A stretch of 64,000 nt of DNA from Eledone cirrhosa. Taxonomy: Eukaryota. Below the pieces are notes generated by a model. It made no database searches and was not told the origin of the DNA. It saw only the letters and a program-made list of their open reading frames with translations. The translations under genes and the position numbers were made by a program. This document shows positions 14,233-28,153 of the stretch, one piece after another. The first letter of the stretch is position 1, and each line of letters opens with the position of its first letter. Location: positions 151,900,001 through 151,964,000 of the forward strand of contig OZ024740.1 of the NCBI GenBank assembly GCA_964016885.1, written 5' to 3'.

Positions 14233-14271
<39 letters not shown>

Positions 14272-14309
14272 CACAGTCACAACCACCAGTACTACTACAG
14301 CCAGAACCA

Positions 14310-14368
<59 letters not shown>

Positions 14369-14476
14369 GCTGCTGTTGCTACTACTGCTGTTCTGTTGCC
14401 ACCAACACCACCACCACCACTACTACTACTACTACTACCACAGTCACAACCACCAGTACTACTACAGTCACAACCA

Positions 14477-14529
<53 letters not shown>

Positions 14530-14570
14530 GCTGCCGTTGCTACTACTGCTGTTCTGCTGCCACCAACACC

Positions 14571-14622
<52 letters not shown>

Positions 14623-14750
14623 GTACTACGACAGCCACAACCACTACCACTACCACTACTACTACTACTACTACTACTGCTGTTGCTACTGCTGCTGTTC
14701 TGCTGCCACCAACACCACCACCACGACTACTACAACTACTACTACATATG
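13680..14750. repeat. Complex (ACT/ACC)n higher-order repeat
   Basis: Recurring blocks acagtcacaaccaccagt and gctgttgctactactgctgttctg embedded in (ACT)n. Confidence 0.9.
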
Positions 14751-15585
14751 AAAAACGCCACAGGGATAGCAAGAACAGCAGCAGCAACAATTCTTATTAC
14801 AACACTTATGAACAATAAACACTACCATCATTACAACTACAGCAGCAACAACAATACAAAACATAAACCTCTACCACAATAACATCAGCAGTAATAAACA
14901 CAACAACATCAACGACAAAAACAAGTACAACGGACCGTGATGTCAACAAGATCTACAAGAGAGAATAACAACATTAGCAAGAACCACTTATACAGTACGA
15001 TAAATAGAGAAAACGAAATATAACACAATGGAAGCGTAAACAACACAAAAACCACAACAACAACTACGACGACAAAAACAACAACAACAACAACAACAGC
15101 AACAACAACAACGACGACGACGACGAGGACGACAACGACGACGACGACAACAACAACGACAACAACAACAACAACAACAAAATGGCGATGACAAGAGAAT
15201 AGCAAAAAAAAGAAACAATAAAAATAACAAACAAGAAATGTTTTACCGAAGTTCTCTTCTAAAATACTTTCTTAAAAATCGATCGCTTCAACAGAATGAT
15301 AGGCATTGAGAGAAATATAATAATAATAATAATAAAATATATACACCTACACACATTGTCCCACACACTATGTCACAAACACACAACCTCGCCGCTCCAC
15401 ACACATGCACACATACATACATACATGAGTGTGTTTCTATATATTTTTCAATTTATTTCTCTCTCGCTATCTCCGCCCCTCTCACTCCCTCTCTCTCCAT
15501 ACATTATTTAGATATATAGATATAAACACATATATATATATATATATATAAAAAGGATGAAACAGTTCTAGTCCTGTAGAATGTC

Positions 15586-15617
<32 letters not shown>

Positions 15618-15621
<4 letters not shown>

Positions 15622-17580
15622 ATAATATTAAATTTGAAGACTAAAATCCAAAGAGGGCTCGATAAGGATAAATAATATCAAATATATAAGAACCGTAGAG
15701 CAAATATTTATTAAAATAACATATTAAACTTTAAGCAAAGAAACGCTGCTTTCACCCTTAACGGGATCTTCTGAAACTAACAAAGTCAATCTGTAAACGC
15801 AGAACTGGATATTTCAAAAAACATTGCCACCGGAGGAAGACAGGAAGACGATACTTTGGTTCGTGGTAACGTTCGCTGGCAAAGAACGGGAAAAAACGAA
15901 TATAATACGTCATTAATAGGAGCGGTGAAAAACAATTATGCGCAAAGACAGAACCACGCTTATGGTATAAAAGAGGTCGTAGACTAATGTTCTCTTAGTG
16001 GTTCATAGAGACGTTCTCTGGCAATGAACGAAAAAAACGAAGATAATACGTCATATGTGGAGAGTGGAGAACAATTGCACGCAAAGACAAAACCACGTAA
16101 ATGGTATAGCAGAAGTCGTAGATTAAAATTCTAACTAGGGGACCGAATGAATCTCCGCTTCAGAGTTAAGAACAAAGTAAATAAATACAATGCAGAGGTA
16201 ATAGAAATTAAATAAATACATACACGCATACAAATACGTACATACACAAGCATATGCGAAAACACTTACCATAGGTATACAAAACCACGCACATATAAAT
16301 ATGTGTGTGTGCGTATGCGTGTATACAAATAAATAAATAATTAAATAAACGTATATAAATAAATAAATACGTATATAACAAGCGCACACACATACCTACA
16401 TGTAAATACACAAATGTTCGGAGACGTAAGTCAACCAAAACATGAAGTACACATATACACACACCCTACATACGTACGAACCTGCATACTCACACAGACG
16501 CAAAACTCCCGTATACACATACCCAAACCATATGTACCAGTATATATAAAATTATACGCCATAACATATACAATCAAATATACGTACGAGAAGGTATACG
16601 TACCTTCACAAAACATACAGGTAATATATACTTACCTATGCAAATAAGTAATGGTATAAACAAAACATATACTTAGCTACCACATCAAGACGTAAAATAT
16701 CCACGTATAGATCGTACTATCCGTTAGAGTATAACGTGGGGCTGTAATACAGGAAAGTGTTGTGCAATTTATGTTTACAAGCCGAAATTGCCTCAGATTT
16801 TTTGTTTAAGATGTGGTCTGTGGCGTAGAGTATGTCCAGGGCATCAGCGGCGCAGAGGTCACATGGTCTTTTATTTCCGTTATACGATCTAGCCCTAGCT
16901 AGGATCTCCCAGTGTAACTTATATTGGGTGTGGTTGTCTTTTAGACTCCAGATATAAGCTGAAAGTGACGTCATATTCCTTCTTAGAGGGTAACGAAAAG
17001 AATGGGTATGCATGTAAAGACGCTGCTTGAATCTATTAGCGGTTAACCCTATGTAGGCCCTACGGGACGTGGGTGTTTCAACCTTACATTTGTAGACAAT
17101 GTTACTAGAGAGGCATTTCCCGGATAGGGGGCAATCAACCCGATTCCTACAATTACAGTTCGTACTAACTACAGTGTTGCACGTGTTCCTACCGCTAGGT
17201 AGTTTAGCTAAATTTGAAGCTGTGATGTTATGTGCAAGGTTAGGAGTCGTAGAGTAAGAAATTTTAATTGTATTTCTATTAAAAATGTTACTATATTTAT
17301 CTGTAGGGGGAAAATGCTTCGTAATAAAGGAAAGAAAGATCTTAGCTAATGGTGTGGCCACCTCCATAATTATATGGTGGGTTATACCAACAAATGCGAC
17401 GGGATCTATTTCTTCTAGGTCTATTTTCGTACTCTGTATATGCTACCTTATCGACAAAATCCACTCCGAGCAAGAGCTTCGTTTTTTGAAATATCCACTT
17501 CTGCGTTTACAGATTGACTTAGTTAGTTTCAGAAGATCCCGTTAAGGGTGAAAGCAGCGATTCTTTAATCTGTTATTTTA

Positions 17581-17582
<2 letters not shown>
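15618..17582 (-). mobile_element. 5'-truncated PLE, family B: RT tail plus GIY-YIG (16717-17475), 3' UTR and pLTR, with an inverted pLTR fragment at its 5' end (17480-17582)
   Basis: ORF 16717-17367 (CNCRNRVDCPL..IVYKCKV..AYIGLT..FKQRLYMH..CDLC..CKH); flanked by (TA)n on both sides; inverted pLTR piece typical of PLEs. Confidence 0.92.
15728..15778 (-). ncRNA. Hammerhead-like motif, family B pLTR (CAGAAGA core)
   Basis: Same motif as 28103-28153, with one helix I mismatch. Confidence 0.5.
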
Positions 17583-17650
<68 letters not shown>

Positions 17651-17655
<5 letters not shown>

Positions 17656-18254
17656 GATAAGCAGAACAAGTAAAATTCAACCAATTTTTCAAAATAAATA
17701 AAAAAATATAATTTAAATATTTACCTATCAAGTTTGCCCTTACTGATCAGTTTCGCTTTGTAAAACATTAGAAACCCATTGGATTTCCAATGGAAAATCA
17801 AAGTTCATCAGAGAAGCATTTTCCTTTCCTAGGACTAAAGTCCCAGGAACGATAAAATATAACGCCATCCGCCAGCTAGCACAGATCTAAATGGTGATCG
17901 AAAAGTGACCCGTACGTGAACCAGTCCGAAATAAGAGCGGGAAAAAACATAGACGTGCTGTCTATCTTACTACTAAAAATAGCAGCTAAATAGAACAACA
18001 GATTTGTTCTCTACATAACGGAGTATATTAAAAGAAGTTAATATGCCCATGGGTACTAAGTACCCCTGGAAATACATAGGTTGTCTATGATTCAGGGTTG
18101 TTCAATGGTATTAATTTGACATACCAGAACTATAATATTAAGATAAGCAGAACAAGTAAAATTCAACCAATTTTTCAAAATAAATTAAAAAATATAATTT
18201 AAATATTTACCTATCAAGTTTGCCCTTACTGATCAGTTTCGCTTTGTAAAACAT
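17651..18254 (-). mobile_element. Non-coding 486-bp unit with partial terminal repeat and hammerhead (retrozyme-like or non-autonomous PLE)
   Basis: 17651-17768 is repeated at about 18137-18254 (gccct at 17736 and 18222). Adjacent to (TA)n; no ORF. Confidence 0.7.
17736..17817 (-). ncRNA. Type I hammerhead ribozyme with palindromic helix III
   Basis: Minus: gcttct-CTGATGA-actttg..ccattgga-aa-tccaatgg..caaagc-GAA-ACTGATCAGT-A-agggc. The first helix II pair is an A.C mismatch. Confidence 0.75.
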
Positions 18255-18899
18255 AGTGTGTAACATAGTTGATCCGTTCAACTACAAGTAAAACTTTTTT
18301 TTTTTTGGCTTCTGTGCTCTGAGATATCTTGAAATGAAGTGCCTTGCTCAAGGGTGCTACGAATTTACGACTATACGTTCTTAACACCAGCACACTAACC
18401 ACATGCACAAATATATACACATATTTACACACATTTGCACACATGTATGAAAATATACATGCATTTACTTAATATTCACGCACTCAGAATCGGACCCGTT
18501 CATACATACACATATACGTGTGGGTGTCTATGTTTGACCTCCGCCACTATCGACAACAGAACAAGTGTTGCAGTTGTTCGATCAAAGGAGCAGACTGCTT
18601 GTGAAATTAACGTGCAAGTGGCGCAGCATTCTATAGAGACGAGCACTCTTAACGTAATTCTAGAGGAAATTCGGCGTGATATAGAGTGTAACAAGATTGA
18701 CACTTTGAACTACAGATACAAGTCATATTTGCCAACTGAATGGCTTGGAATAACGTAAAATTAGTGTCCTGAGCTAACTCACTCAGGAAATCGAACTTAC
18801 GATCTTACAAACGTAAACCGAACTCCCTAACCACAGAGGTACGTGCCTTCACACATACATACATAATCAAAAGCTCACACCCAGGGAAATTGCCCAGTA

Positions 18900-19700
18900 T
18901 ACCGCAGGGAATCAATGGATGGAAAACTGCATGCTTATCAGCAAAAAGTCATGCATGGATATTTTGCAAGGAAGCTCCAGAGTTAGAATAATATAGATAA
19001 GCAAAGTAGTCTATTTTGGACCAACAACCGCTATATTGGTCCCACTTTGAAAGATATGCTTTTGCAATCCAAGAACAGGAAATCAACATGAAATACCTGA
19101 TTCACAAAAGAAATAGGGATACCGCCAAAACACGTAGATGCGACAACAATGCAGACTCTGCAGAATTAACATCGAAGATGTCACCCATGTCATAAGCAGC
19201 TGTCCAAAGATGTCATCACGGTACTGTCTACCTATGAGGCGTGATGTAGTGTCCAAAACACTGTACAGTGCAATACTTAGAAAAGATAGGCTCGACAATA
19301 AACACATAAAAAGTTACAGCAATGTGGAAGACATACATATACATAATTTGAAAGAGTACTGGTGGAATGTTCCAGTCAAAACCCCAATAAAATGCAAACA
19401 TAACAGACCAGATATATGATTTGGGACAGGGAAAAGAAGACATGTACAGTAGTGAAAATTAGCTGCCCAGCAGATGCCAATATAATATCAAAGATTAGCG
19501 AAAAGGAGAATATTTATGCAGAACTAATGAGAAATCTGCAGATACTCCACCCTGACTATACCTTCAAATATATACCTGTGGTTACTGGGGCACTTCAATA
19601 TGTTAGTAACTGCCTCAGTACAAATCTTGAGAAACCAGGCTTCACAGAAACAGAAAGAACAGTAAAAATATGTAAAACATTCCCAAAATTCTGCATCTAA
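18900..19700 (+). mobile_element. R4/Dong-like non-LTR retrotransposon 3' fragment (CCHC zinc finger plus restriction-like endonuclease)
   Basis: KVMHGYF..AIQEQEI..CRLCRINIEDVTHVISSCP..HNRPDI/MIWD..VKISCPAD..KENIYAEL..IPVVTGAL; frameshifted. Confidence 0.85.
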
Positions 19701-21074
19701 TAACTGCATATACAGTTGTACAGATACAAAGCATATGCACATGCACACATACAACTCAAAACATACACATCCACATACAATAACACCATATCTGTACACA
19801 TGCATGCATGCAGACATGCATACATATTTACCTAGTTGATGTGTAAATTCCAATGAGAGATTCTTGTGTCTATGTTAGAAACCGACTCTCTCTCTATTGA
19901 TAAAAATTTGTGAAATTATAAAACCAGAAGAACATACATCAACTCACATGCATAAACACATACATTATGAGTCACAAACATTCAGTTAAATGCATCTAAA
20001 ATAGATTCATACATACACAATCGACCATGCTCACATACACACACATATGTACACACATACGCGTGAGGTGCGTACTCTCACACACACAGTGGTGCGCGTT
20101 TAATGATTCTGTTAACAATAGATTCTTTTGGTACCGGAAGGTTTATTACGATTCAAGGATGGTAGGGTGAAGGGGAGAAGTGGGGTTGGTATGAGGGACT
20201 GGATTGAGAGGATAGGAGGGGTGTAATACAGGTGAGTTGAGGAACTAGGAAAGAGGTGGGGAGGGAGAAGACTGCGTGAAGGTATTGTTGCAAATGTTAC
20301 TCATGTTGTGGTTAATTTTGTTGTTGCTCTTTGTGGTGTTGATTTTGATAATGGTGGTTGTGATGGTGATGATGACGATGATGATAAATGTGGTGCTTTG
20401 TGGTAGTGTTGATGGAGGTGGGACTGGTAATGATGATGATGATCGTGGTAGTGTTGGTGATGGTGATGTTGATTATGGTGGTGGTGGTGGTGGTGGTATT
20501 GATCGTGTTGATGACGATGATGGTGATAGTGGTGATGGGATGATGGTGATAGTGGTGATGTTTATGATGACGATTGTGGTAATCACATAAGAACGTGATA
20601 ATCCAAAACAAATTCCGGTGCATGCTTATCCCAACGCAAGGTTAATCGACTCTACAGGCTTTTATTCGGGGTCTAAGAAGCCGATTTCCCTTGCGATGAA
20701 CCCAAAGATGAACGCAACATGGCAGAATGGTTAAGAAATTTGGTTTGCAATAATTAGGTCGAGGGCTCATTCCCATTACCAGGTATCTTAGGAAAACGTA
20801 ATTTACCATATTTTCTGGCCGACAAATGCCTTTTGAATGAAAATGATTAGCCTGTCGAATGGATGTACCTGTAGTTCGAAGGATCAGCCTTAGCCAGCAT
20901 GAAGATTACGTTAAGACTACATGTGTCTGTGGAGTTCCTAGCTACATACACGTTAAATTCATGCCAAGGGTGTGCTGCCGATCGAACTACAGGAACACGC
21001 TTCACCAAAACCAGCAGAGGCCCATTCCATCCAATCCAGGTTTATGGAAAATACAAAAAAAAAGTCTAAAGTCT

Positions 21075-21340
21075 GTCTTAAGCCAGAAGGCTCATTTGGC
21101 CGGTGCTTATCCCGTTTTCATGGTGTGAAGCGACTGAGAGTACAAGACTGCCCCCTGGACAGGACGCCAGTCCATTACAGGATTAAACCTCCAGCTATTG
21201 CTGGTACTCATTTTCAGCTGAGTATACTGTAGCAACGTGAAATGAAGTGTTTTGCTCAAGAACACAACACGCAACCCAGGAATCGAACCCACGACATTAT
21301 GATCGTAAGGCCAACACTCTTACCACTAGGCCACGTACCT
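21075..21340 (-). mobile_element. tRNA-headed SINE (family 2-related)
   Basis: Minus strand begins ggtacgtggcctagtggtaagagtg (A box), then gggttcgattcc (B box), then ttgtgttcttgagcaaaacact. Confidence 0.7.
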
Positions 21341-21678
21341 CCACATGGAAAATACAAGCCCATATTAATGCGCAATGAGATCGAACCTGAAATTTCTCGA
21401 CTAAGAAGCAATTTTACTAAGCACACGTCATTAATCATTGTCCAAATAATATATTTGCCTCATCAACTACAAAAGTAGCAACATCAGCTGCAACAAAGAA
21501 CAACGACATCACGAATAATAATAAAAGTAATAGATTGTAAGGAGAATTTGATGGTGGTGGCGGGAAAGTAAGTATTCTTATAATGAAGGTCACGGTTTCG
21601 ATCTGAATTGTTACACTTTGATGAATGGTTTCCTTTGTTTTTATGGATTTTATGTATTACACCAATGAAATTTAATAT

Positions 21679-21716
<38 letters not shown>

Positions 21717-21917
21717 TACGTATATGTTATAAACATGTTTGTGTTTTAAATCATGTTTGTGTTTTAAATCATGTGATACGAAATTCGGTTCAATATATTT
21801 TACATTCTTCGGATATACCAAAATAGCACCAATAAAACTATATATACGGCTGTGTGTGGTAGATCTCTCTCTTATTTCTCTCCCTCTCTCTGTCTCTTTC
21901 TCTCTGTATATCAGTAT

Positions 21918-21966
<49 letters not shown>

Positions 21967-22062
21967 CATTCTTTATTAAGGCCGATTTTGAGTCTTAATA
22001 ATCTGGTGTTTCTCCCGTGTATTCACAGGGTCATCAGACAAACGAATATATATATATATATA

Positions 22063-22143
<81 letters not shown>

Positions 22144-22156
22144 ATATGTATATATG

Positions 22157-22243
<87 letters not shown>

Positions 22244-22293
22244 ATATCTATATATGTATATATATATATGTATATGTATATATGTATATATGA

Positions 22294-22397
<104 letters not shown>

Positions 22398-22789
22398 GAG
22401 TGTATATATATATATATATACACTCCTTTGTCGATATATACTCATTACCTCATCGCCCTTTACTACTTTTTTTTATGTATCTACCCAACTATAGACAACA
22501 GGTAAGCAATTATATTTCCAATACGGAGATAGATGAAACAAACATCTTCCTCATAAAACCAACCCTTCTGGGAATCAATCCAACATCTTAACACGTGATT
22601 GCACCAACCAATCAACACATATATATCCGCCTCAATGCACACGATACGTTGTTTTTTGTTTTGTTTTGTGGGTTTTTTTTTAATATATATCAAGGCGGAT
22701 TATATTGGAGTTTTGTGACAGTGTCTTCTTATTCTTGTAGCTGTTACTGATGGTTTAATGATATTGTTGTTGTTGATGATGATGATGAT

Positions 22790-23290
22790 GGTGGTGTCAT
22801 ATTTGTGGTGGTGTCATGGTGGTGGTGGTGGGGGGCATAGTGGTGTTGATGGTGTCATAGTGGTGGCGGTGTCATGGTGGTGGTGGTGTCATGGTGGTGG
22901 TGGTGGTGCCATAGTGGTGGTGATGGTGTCATGGTGGTGGTGGTGTCATGGTGGTGCCATAGTGGTGGTGATGGTGTCATGGTGGTGGTGGTGTCATATT
23001 TGTGGTGGTGTCATGGTGGTGGTGGTGGTGGTGGTGCCATAGTGGTGGTGATGGTGTCATGGTGGTGGTGGTGTCATATTTGTGGTGGTGTCATGGTGGT
23101 GCTGATGGTGGTGTCATAGTGGTGGTGATGGTGTCATAGTGGTGGCGGTGTCATGGTGGCGGTGGTGTCATGGTGGTGGTGTCATGGTGGTGGTGGTGGT
23201 GCCATAGTGGTGGTGATGGTGTCATGGTGGTGGTGGTATCATGGTGGTGGTGGTGTCATGGTGGTGGTGGTGCCATAGTGGTTGTGGTAG
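22790..23290. repeat. (GGT)n/gtcat composite minisatellite
   Basis: Repeating ggtggtgtcatggt and gccatagtggt units. Confidence 0.9.
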
Positions 23291-23414
23291 TAGAGGTGGC
23301 GGTGTTGGAATTGTTAGTAGTGATGTTGATGTTGGGTAATGGTAATCTGGTAATTCTTGTTATCACTAGGGCTGCTTGCCTGGGTGGTTTCACTTCTGCT
23401 GCATCTATCTTTTG

Positions 23415-23622
23415 TTTGGCAGTATCTGTAGAGCATCAGACACCATGCTTTGAAGCATAGAGTTATGGCTCTTTACGTTCTGTGTTCAAATTTCGCCAAA
23501 GTTAACTTTGCCTTTATCCTTACGGGGTCGAAGAAATAAAGCACCAGTAATACACTGGGGTAGATTTAATCGACTTTCCCCTCCCCAAAACTGCTGACCG
23601 TGTGCCTAAAGTAGAAACAATT
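23415..23622 (+). mobile_element. SINE family 1
   Basis: ttggcagtatctgtagagcatcagacaccatg..gttcaaattt..agtagaaacaatt; homologous to 62387-62579. Confidence 0.75.
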
Positions 23623-23623
23623 G

Positions 23624-23686
<63 letters not shown>

Positions 23687-23688
<2 letters not shown>

Positions 23689-23743
23689 AAAAGAGTCAGG
23701 ACCCCGACGGCCGAGCTCTGGCCGTTTCGACAACAAGTTCCGA

Positions 23744-23745
<2 letters not shown>
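23687..23745 (-). repeat. pLTR fragment with hammerhead 3' half, related to family D
   Basis: Minus: gtc-GAA-ACGGCC-agagctc-GGCCGT-C-ggggtcc; lies between (TA)n tracts. Confidence 0.65.
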
Positions 23746-23801
<56 letters not shown>

Positions 23802-23994
23802 AACTAGGAGGTGCACAAGACAAGGGGCAATGTTTACATTTGGATGGGACCACCCATGTAAACTCGTATATCTAAAGAGGTGTTCATTAAGAGTCGGGAT
23901 CCGATCGCTTGCTCCAACCCGAGCTGATCAATATCTAAACAATTGTAATATTTAATAAACTTTCATAACAAGCTGCAAATATGACTTCTTATTG

Positions 23995-24093
<99 letters not shown>

Positions 24094-24215
24094 GATATTA
24101 AACAAATGGAAACTATATTTATAATATCGTATATCTACTCCAAAACTTGTTGAGTGCTTTATATCAGTTATAAAATATTTACTCGTTGTAACCCAACAAT
24201 TTTAAATAAAACTTT

Positions 24216-24258
<43 letters not shown>

Positions 24259-24260
<2 letters not shown>

Positions 24261-24370
24261 ATATTTCTTCCGGGATCTCTTAGTGTAAAGTCGAATAGAG
24301 AGAGGGACACAAATTTATATGATATATATATATCAGGGGTGAAAGGTGCGTGCATGCGTTATAGAATCTT

Positions 24371-24446
<76 letters not shown>

Positions 24447-25110
24447 CACACGCACACGCACACACACACACACACACACGCGCACGACAGCGTCGGTTGA
24501 AGCAAGCAGAATTTTGGCTGCTTGCTAAATCGTAGACACATAAAAAGATAACACACACACTAGATAACACTACATGGGGCTTTAACCGGGAGGGTCATTT
24601 AGAGGGAATCCCTCTCTCTATTCGACTTTACACTAAGAAATCCCGGAAGAGATATCGATATACGCCAAACGAACTAGGAGGACATGCACCCCTAAGGATA
24701 ACATATGCTACCTAAAGCTGCCACATGTCATTGAACAGACGACAGCTACCACCAAATAACCACCCGTACAGAGAGACTGAATACACGGCTGGCACAGACA
24801 CCAACCCATATATACAGCGATATATGCACACTTCCTAATTGTACAGGCAACAACGCAGAAGTATGCATGAGAGCATATGTGGTCTATAGGATCATATGCA
24901 AAAAATGTAGCCCCTCGTACATTGCAAGTACCATCTGGGTGCTACACATACAGATCAAGGAGCACGTGTCGATGAGAGCCTCTTCTGTTAAAAACATCTC
25001 GGCAGATGCCGCAGCCATGATATTGAGGTCAACATAAAGGCGAGTGAAAAGAATATAGGCAATTTAAGGATTAAAGAGGCTATTTTAAAACCAAGAATAA
25101 TAGGTCAGAA
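24259..25110 (+). mobile_element. Degenerate PLE 3' fragment (GIY-YIG) with inverted segment
   Basis: 24262-24308 is inverted relative to about 24608-24657. 24905-25095 translates as CSPSYIAST..LHIQIKEH...HDIEVNIKASEKNIGNLRIKEAI. Confidence 0.6.
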
Positions 25111-25984
25111 ATGGTTGCTGTAGTGATGCCACATATGCGTTTTTCAGTGACGTAGACAAGTTAGGGAAGAATACTTTGATCACTCTTTGTCATCATATAC
25201 CAACTTAACCCTGCACCGATTGCTGATCCTGTGGTATCTGTGTGTAGCAGGGTACCAAGTCACGTGTTTGGGGGGATTACTGTTGCACGGTGTGTGCCCT
25301 AGCTGTAGTGTTACTGTGGGCGGGCTGTATGCAGGTTGAGCAGGGTATCCTGCAATCCCTTCGGTCGGTATGGTGGTGGCTTCCATCGTCACCACGGTGG
25401 TTGGTGGGTGACTAAGATACTCGCCCGTTACTGATCCGTCGTTATGACTGATGGAGTTACAGTCCCCAAATCTGCCTCTATTGCACCTCAAGTGGCTCAG
25501 GCCAACGATGTGGCTGTTATTTTGTCCGTGGCAGAAAGTCCTAATTTCGATGCTTCCTTGGTTGTAGTGGCTAATATTACCACTACTACAAGAGCTGAGC
25601 CCACTAGTCACCGGGTTAGATTTGCTGGTGATAGTATCATCTTTGCTCTTGTTGTTAGTTTGTTTAAGGACGGTTGTGTGACCATGTTATTCCTGTCCAT
25701 TTAACTCCATTTAACTCCATTTAACTCCATTTAACTCTATTCATACGTAGGTGTAGGGATCTGTGTAGGTTTGGTCTTATCTCGTTGTCGGGCGTGTTGC
25801 TCTCATCATGGGTTGTTGCAGGAGTGTGGTTCCTTGGCGTTGAACGTCTCAAGTCGAGGTTAGCCGGATTACGGTCATCACATCTGTTGAACTTCATGAG
25901 TTACATATAACTTGCCCTGGTTAGTCCCTTGTAATATTAGGCATGTTTCTCGAATATCCCAGTATTAACCGACAGAGCTGATAT

Positions 25985-26490
25985 ACTGACGGAGCTGATA
26001 CGCACTTAACAATGGATTTTAGCACTGATTTAGGGTTGTTAGAATAGTTATTTACATAAAGGAGACGTTCATTTGGTCAAGAAAATTTACAGTTCTTGTC
26101 TGTTCTATCGCTATATCAAGTCCTACGTTTATAAAGAAATTCCTAGGCCTTTTTACGTTATCTTACCATTTGGCTTGCATTGCGCTTTTGGAACGTAAAG
26201 AGGACGTCGTCCCTGAACAGTCCACACCCTATCCTCATGAACTCCATCTAAATGTTATGGAGTAAATAGATTCATACTACGTCCGTCATTTATGCCTTGT
26301 CGCTAGACTCTATTGTTATTTCAAAGTAGTCTGGTCGGTCCTTACTTTTGTTTTCGAAGTCTATTAGTGTTTTCCGAGCCGTCGTTACTATCAATTTCCT
26401 ATCTGGGGAGGCTGGAGTTCCGGATAGCTAAGTGAGAGGGCTTTGTTCATTAGTATGGGGGGAAATGGAAGCGTAATGATTGGAAAAATA
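25985..26490 (-). pseudogene. Old PLE reverse transcriptase fossil (not in the ORF track)
   Basis: Minus-strand translation with stops: SNHYASI..RKLIVTARKTLIDF..FEITIESSD..GCGLFRDDVL..TVNFLD..NERLLYVNNYSNNP, colinear with the 503-aa ORF. Confidence 0.75.
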
Positions 26491-27825
26491 ATTAAATAAA
26501 CGTATATAAATAAATAAATACGTATATAACAAGTGCACCCACATACCTACAAGTAAATACACACATTTTCGGAGACGTAAGTCAACCAAAACATGAAGTA
26601 CACATATACACACACCCTACATACGTACGAACCTGCATACACGCGCAGACGCAAAACTCCCGTATACACATAACCAAACTTTATGTACCAGAAAATATAC
26701 AAAATGTATACGCCACAAAATAATCAATCAAATATACGTATGAGAAAGTATACGTACCTTCACAAAACATACAGGTAATATATACTTACCTATGCGAATA
26801 AGTAATGGTATAAACAAAACATATACTTAGCTACCACATCAAGACGTAAGAAATCCACGTATAGATCGTACTATCCGTTAGGGTATAATGTGGGGCTGTA
26901 ATACAGGAAAGTGTTGTGCAATTTATGTTTACAAGCCGAAATAGCCTCAGATTTTTTGTTTAAGATGTGGTCTGTGGCGTAGAGTATTTCCAGGGCCTCA
27001 GCAACGCAGAGGTCACATGGTCTTTTATTTCCGTTATACGATCTAGCCCTAGCTAGGATCTCCCAGTGTAACTTAAATTGGGTGTAGTTGTATTTTAGAC
27101 TCCAGATATAAGCTGAACGTCATATTCCTTCTAAGAGGGTAACGAAAAGAATGGGTATGCATGTAAAGACGCTGCTTGAATCTATTGGCGGTTAACCCTA
27201 TGTAGGCCCTACGGGATGTGGGTGTTTCAACCTTACATTTGTAGACAATGTTACTAGAGAGGCATTTCCCGGATAGGGGCAATCAACCCGATTCCTACAA
27301 TTACAGTTAGTACTAACTACAGGGTTGCACGAGTTCCTACGGTTAGGTAGTTTAGCTAAATTTGAAGCTGTGATGTTATGTGCAAGGTTAGGAGTCGTAG
27401 AGTAAGAAATTTTAATAGTATTTCTATTAAAAATTTTACTATATTTATGTGTAGGGGGGAAATGCTTCGTAATAAGGGAAAGAAAGATCTTAGGTAATGG
27501 TGTGGCCACCTCCATATTATATGGTGGGTTATACCAACAAATGCGACGGGATCTATTACTTCTAGGTCTATTTTCGTACTCTGTATATGCTACCTTATCG
27601 ACAAATCCACTCCGAGCAAGAGCTTCATTGTAATAAGTGGAATGGTCGTTGAAAATATGCTCGTTAGTAGATAGACGGGAAAGCCTCAACGAAACGTTTC
27701 TTACCAGGTTCTTGGTTATGCTGGCAGGATGGTTGGAATGCTTGCTTATGTAATTAAGCGTATCATTCGGCTTTCTATACGGGGTTGTTCTGAAAATTGG
27801 ATTTGTGATCCTTCAGGGTAAAGTG
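26490..27825 (-). mobile_element. PLE family B copy, 5'-truncated and internally deleted, frameshifted
   Basis: ORFs 27198-27689 and 27073-27282 are near-identical to 16717-17367. 27781-27825 matches the upstream HFTLKDHK segment (28915-28959) joined directly to PYRKPN. Confidence 0.9.
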
Positions 27826-28102
27826 ATGACGGATTATCTTCGTTTTTCTCGTTCATTGCCAGAGAACGTCTCTATGAACCACCTAAGAGAACATTAGTCT
27901 ACGACCTCTTTTATACCATAAACATAGTTCTGTCTTTGCGCGTAATTGTTTTTCACCGCTCCTATTAATGACGTAATATATTCGTTTTTTCCCGTTCTTT
28001 GCCAGGGAACGTTTCCATGAACCAAAGTATCGTCCTCCTGTCTTTCTCCGGTTGCAACGATTTTTGAAATATCCACTTCTGCGTTTACAGATTGACTTTG
28101 TT

Positions 28103-28153
28103 AGTTTCAGAAGATCCCGTTAAGGGTGAAAGCAGCGATTCTTTGCTTAAACT
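28103..28153 (+). ncRNA. Variant hammerhead-like motif (U4A core), family B pLTR
   Basis: agttt-CAGAAGA-tccc-gttaa-gggt-GAA-AGCAG-cgattct-TTGCT-T-aaact. Identical at 30678-30728, 34824-34874(-), 34962-35012 and 41749-41799. Confidence 0.6.

Noticed and set aside
22008-22045. Minus-strand CTGATGA-hairpin-GAAAC
   Set aside because: No helix III closure or helix I partner was found; at most a truncated hammerhead.
25699-25740. (ttaactccat)x4 resembling a telomeric repeat
   Set aside because: A 10-mer local duplication that does not match TTAGGG-type repeats.
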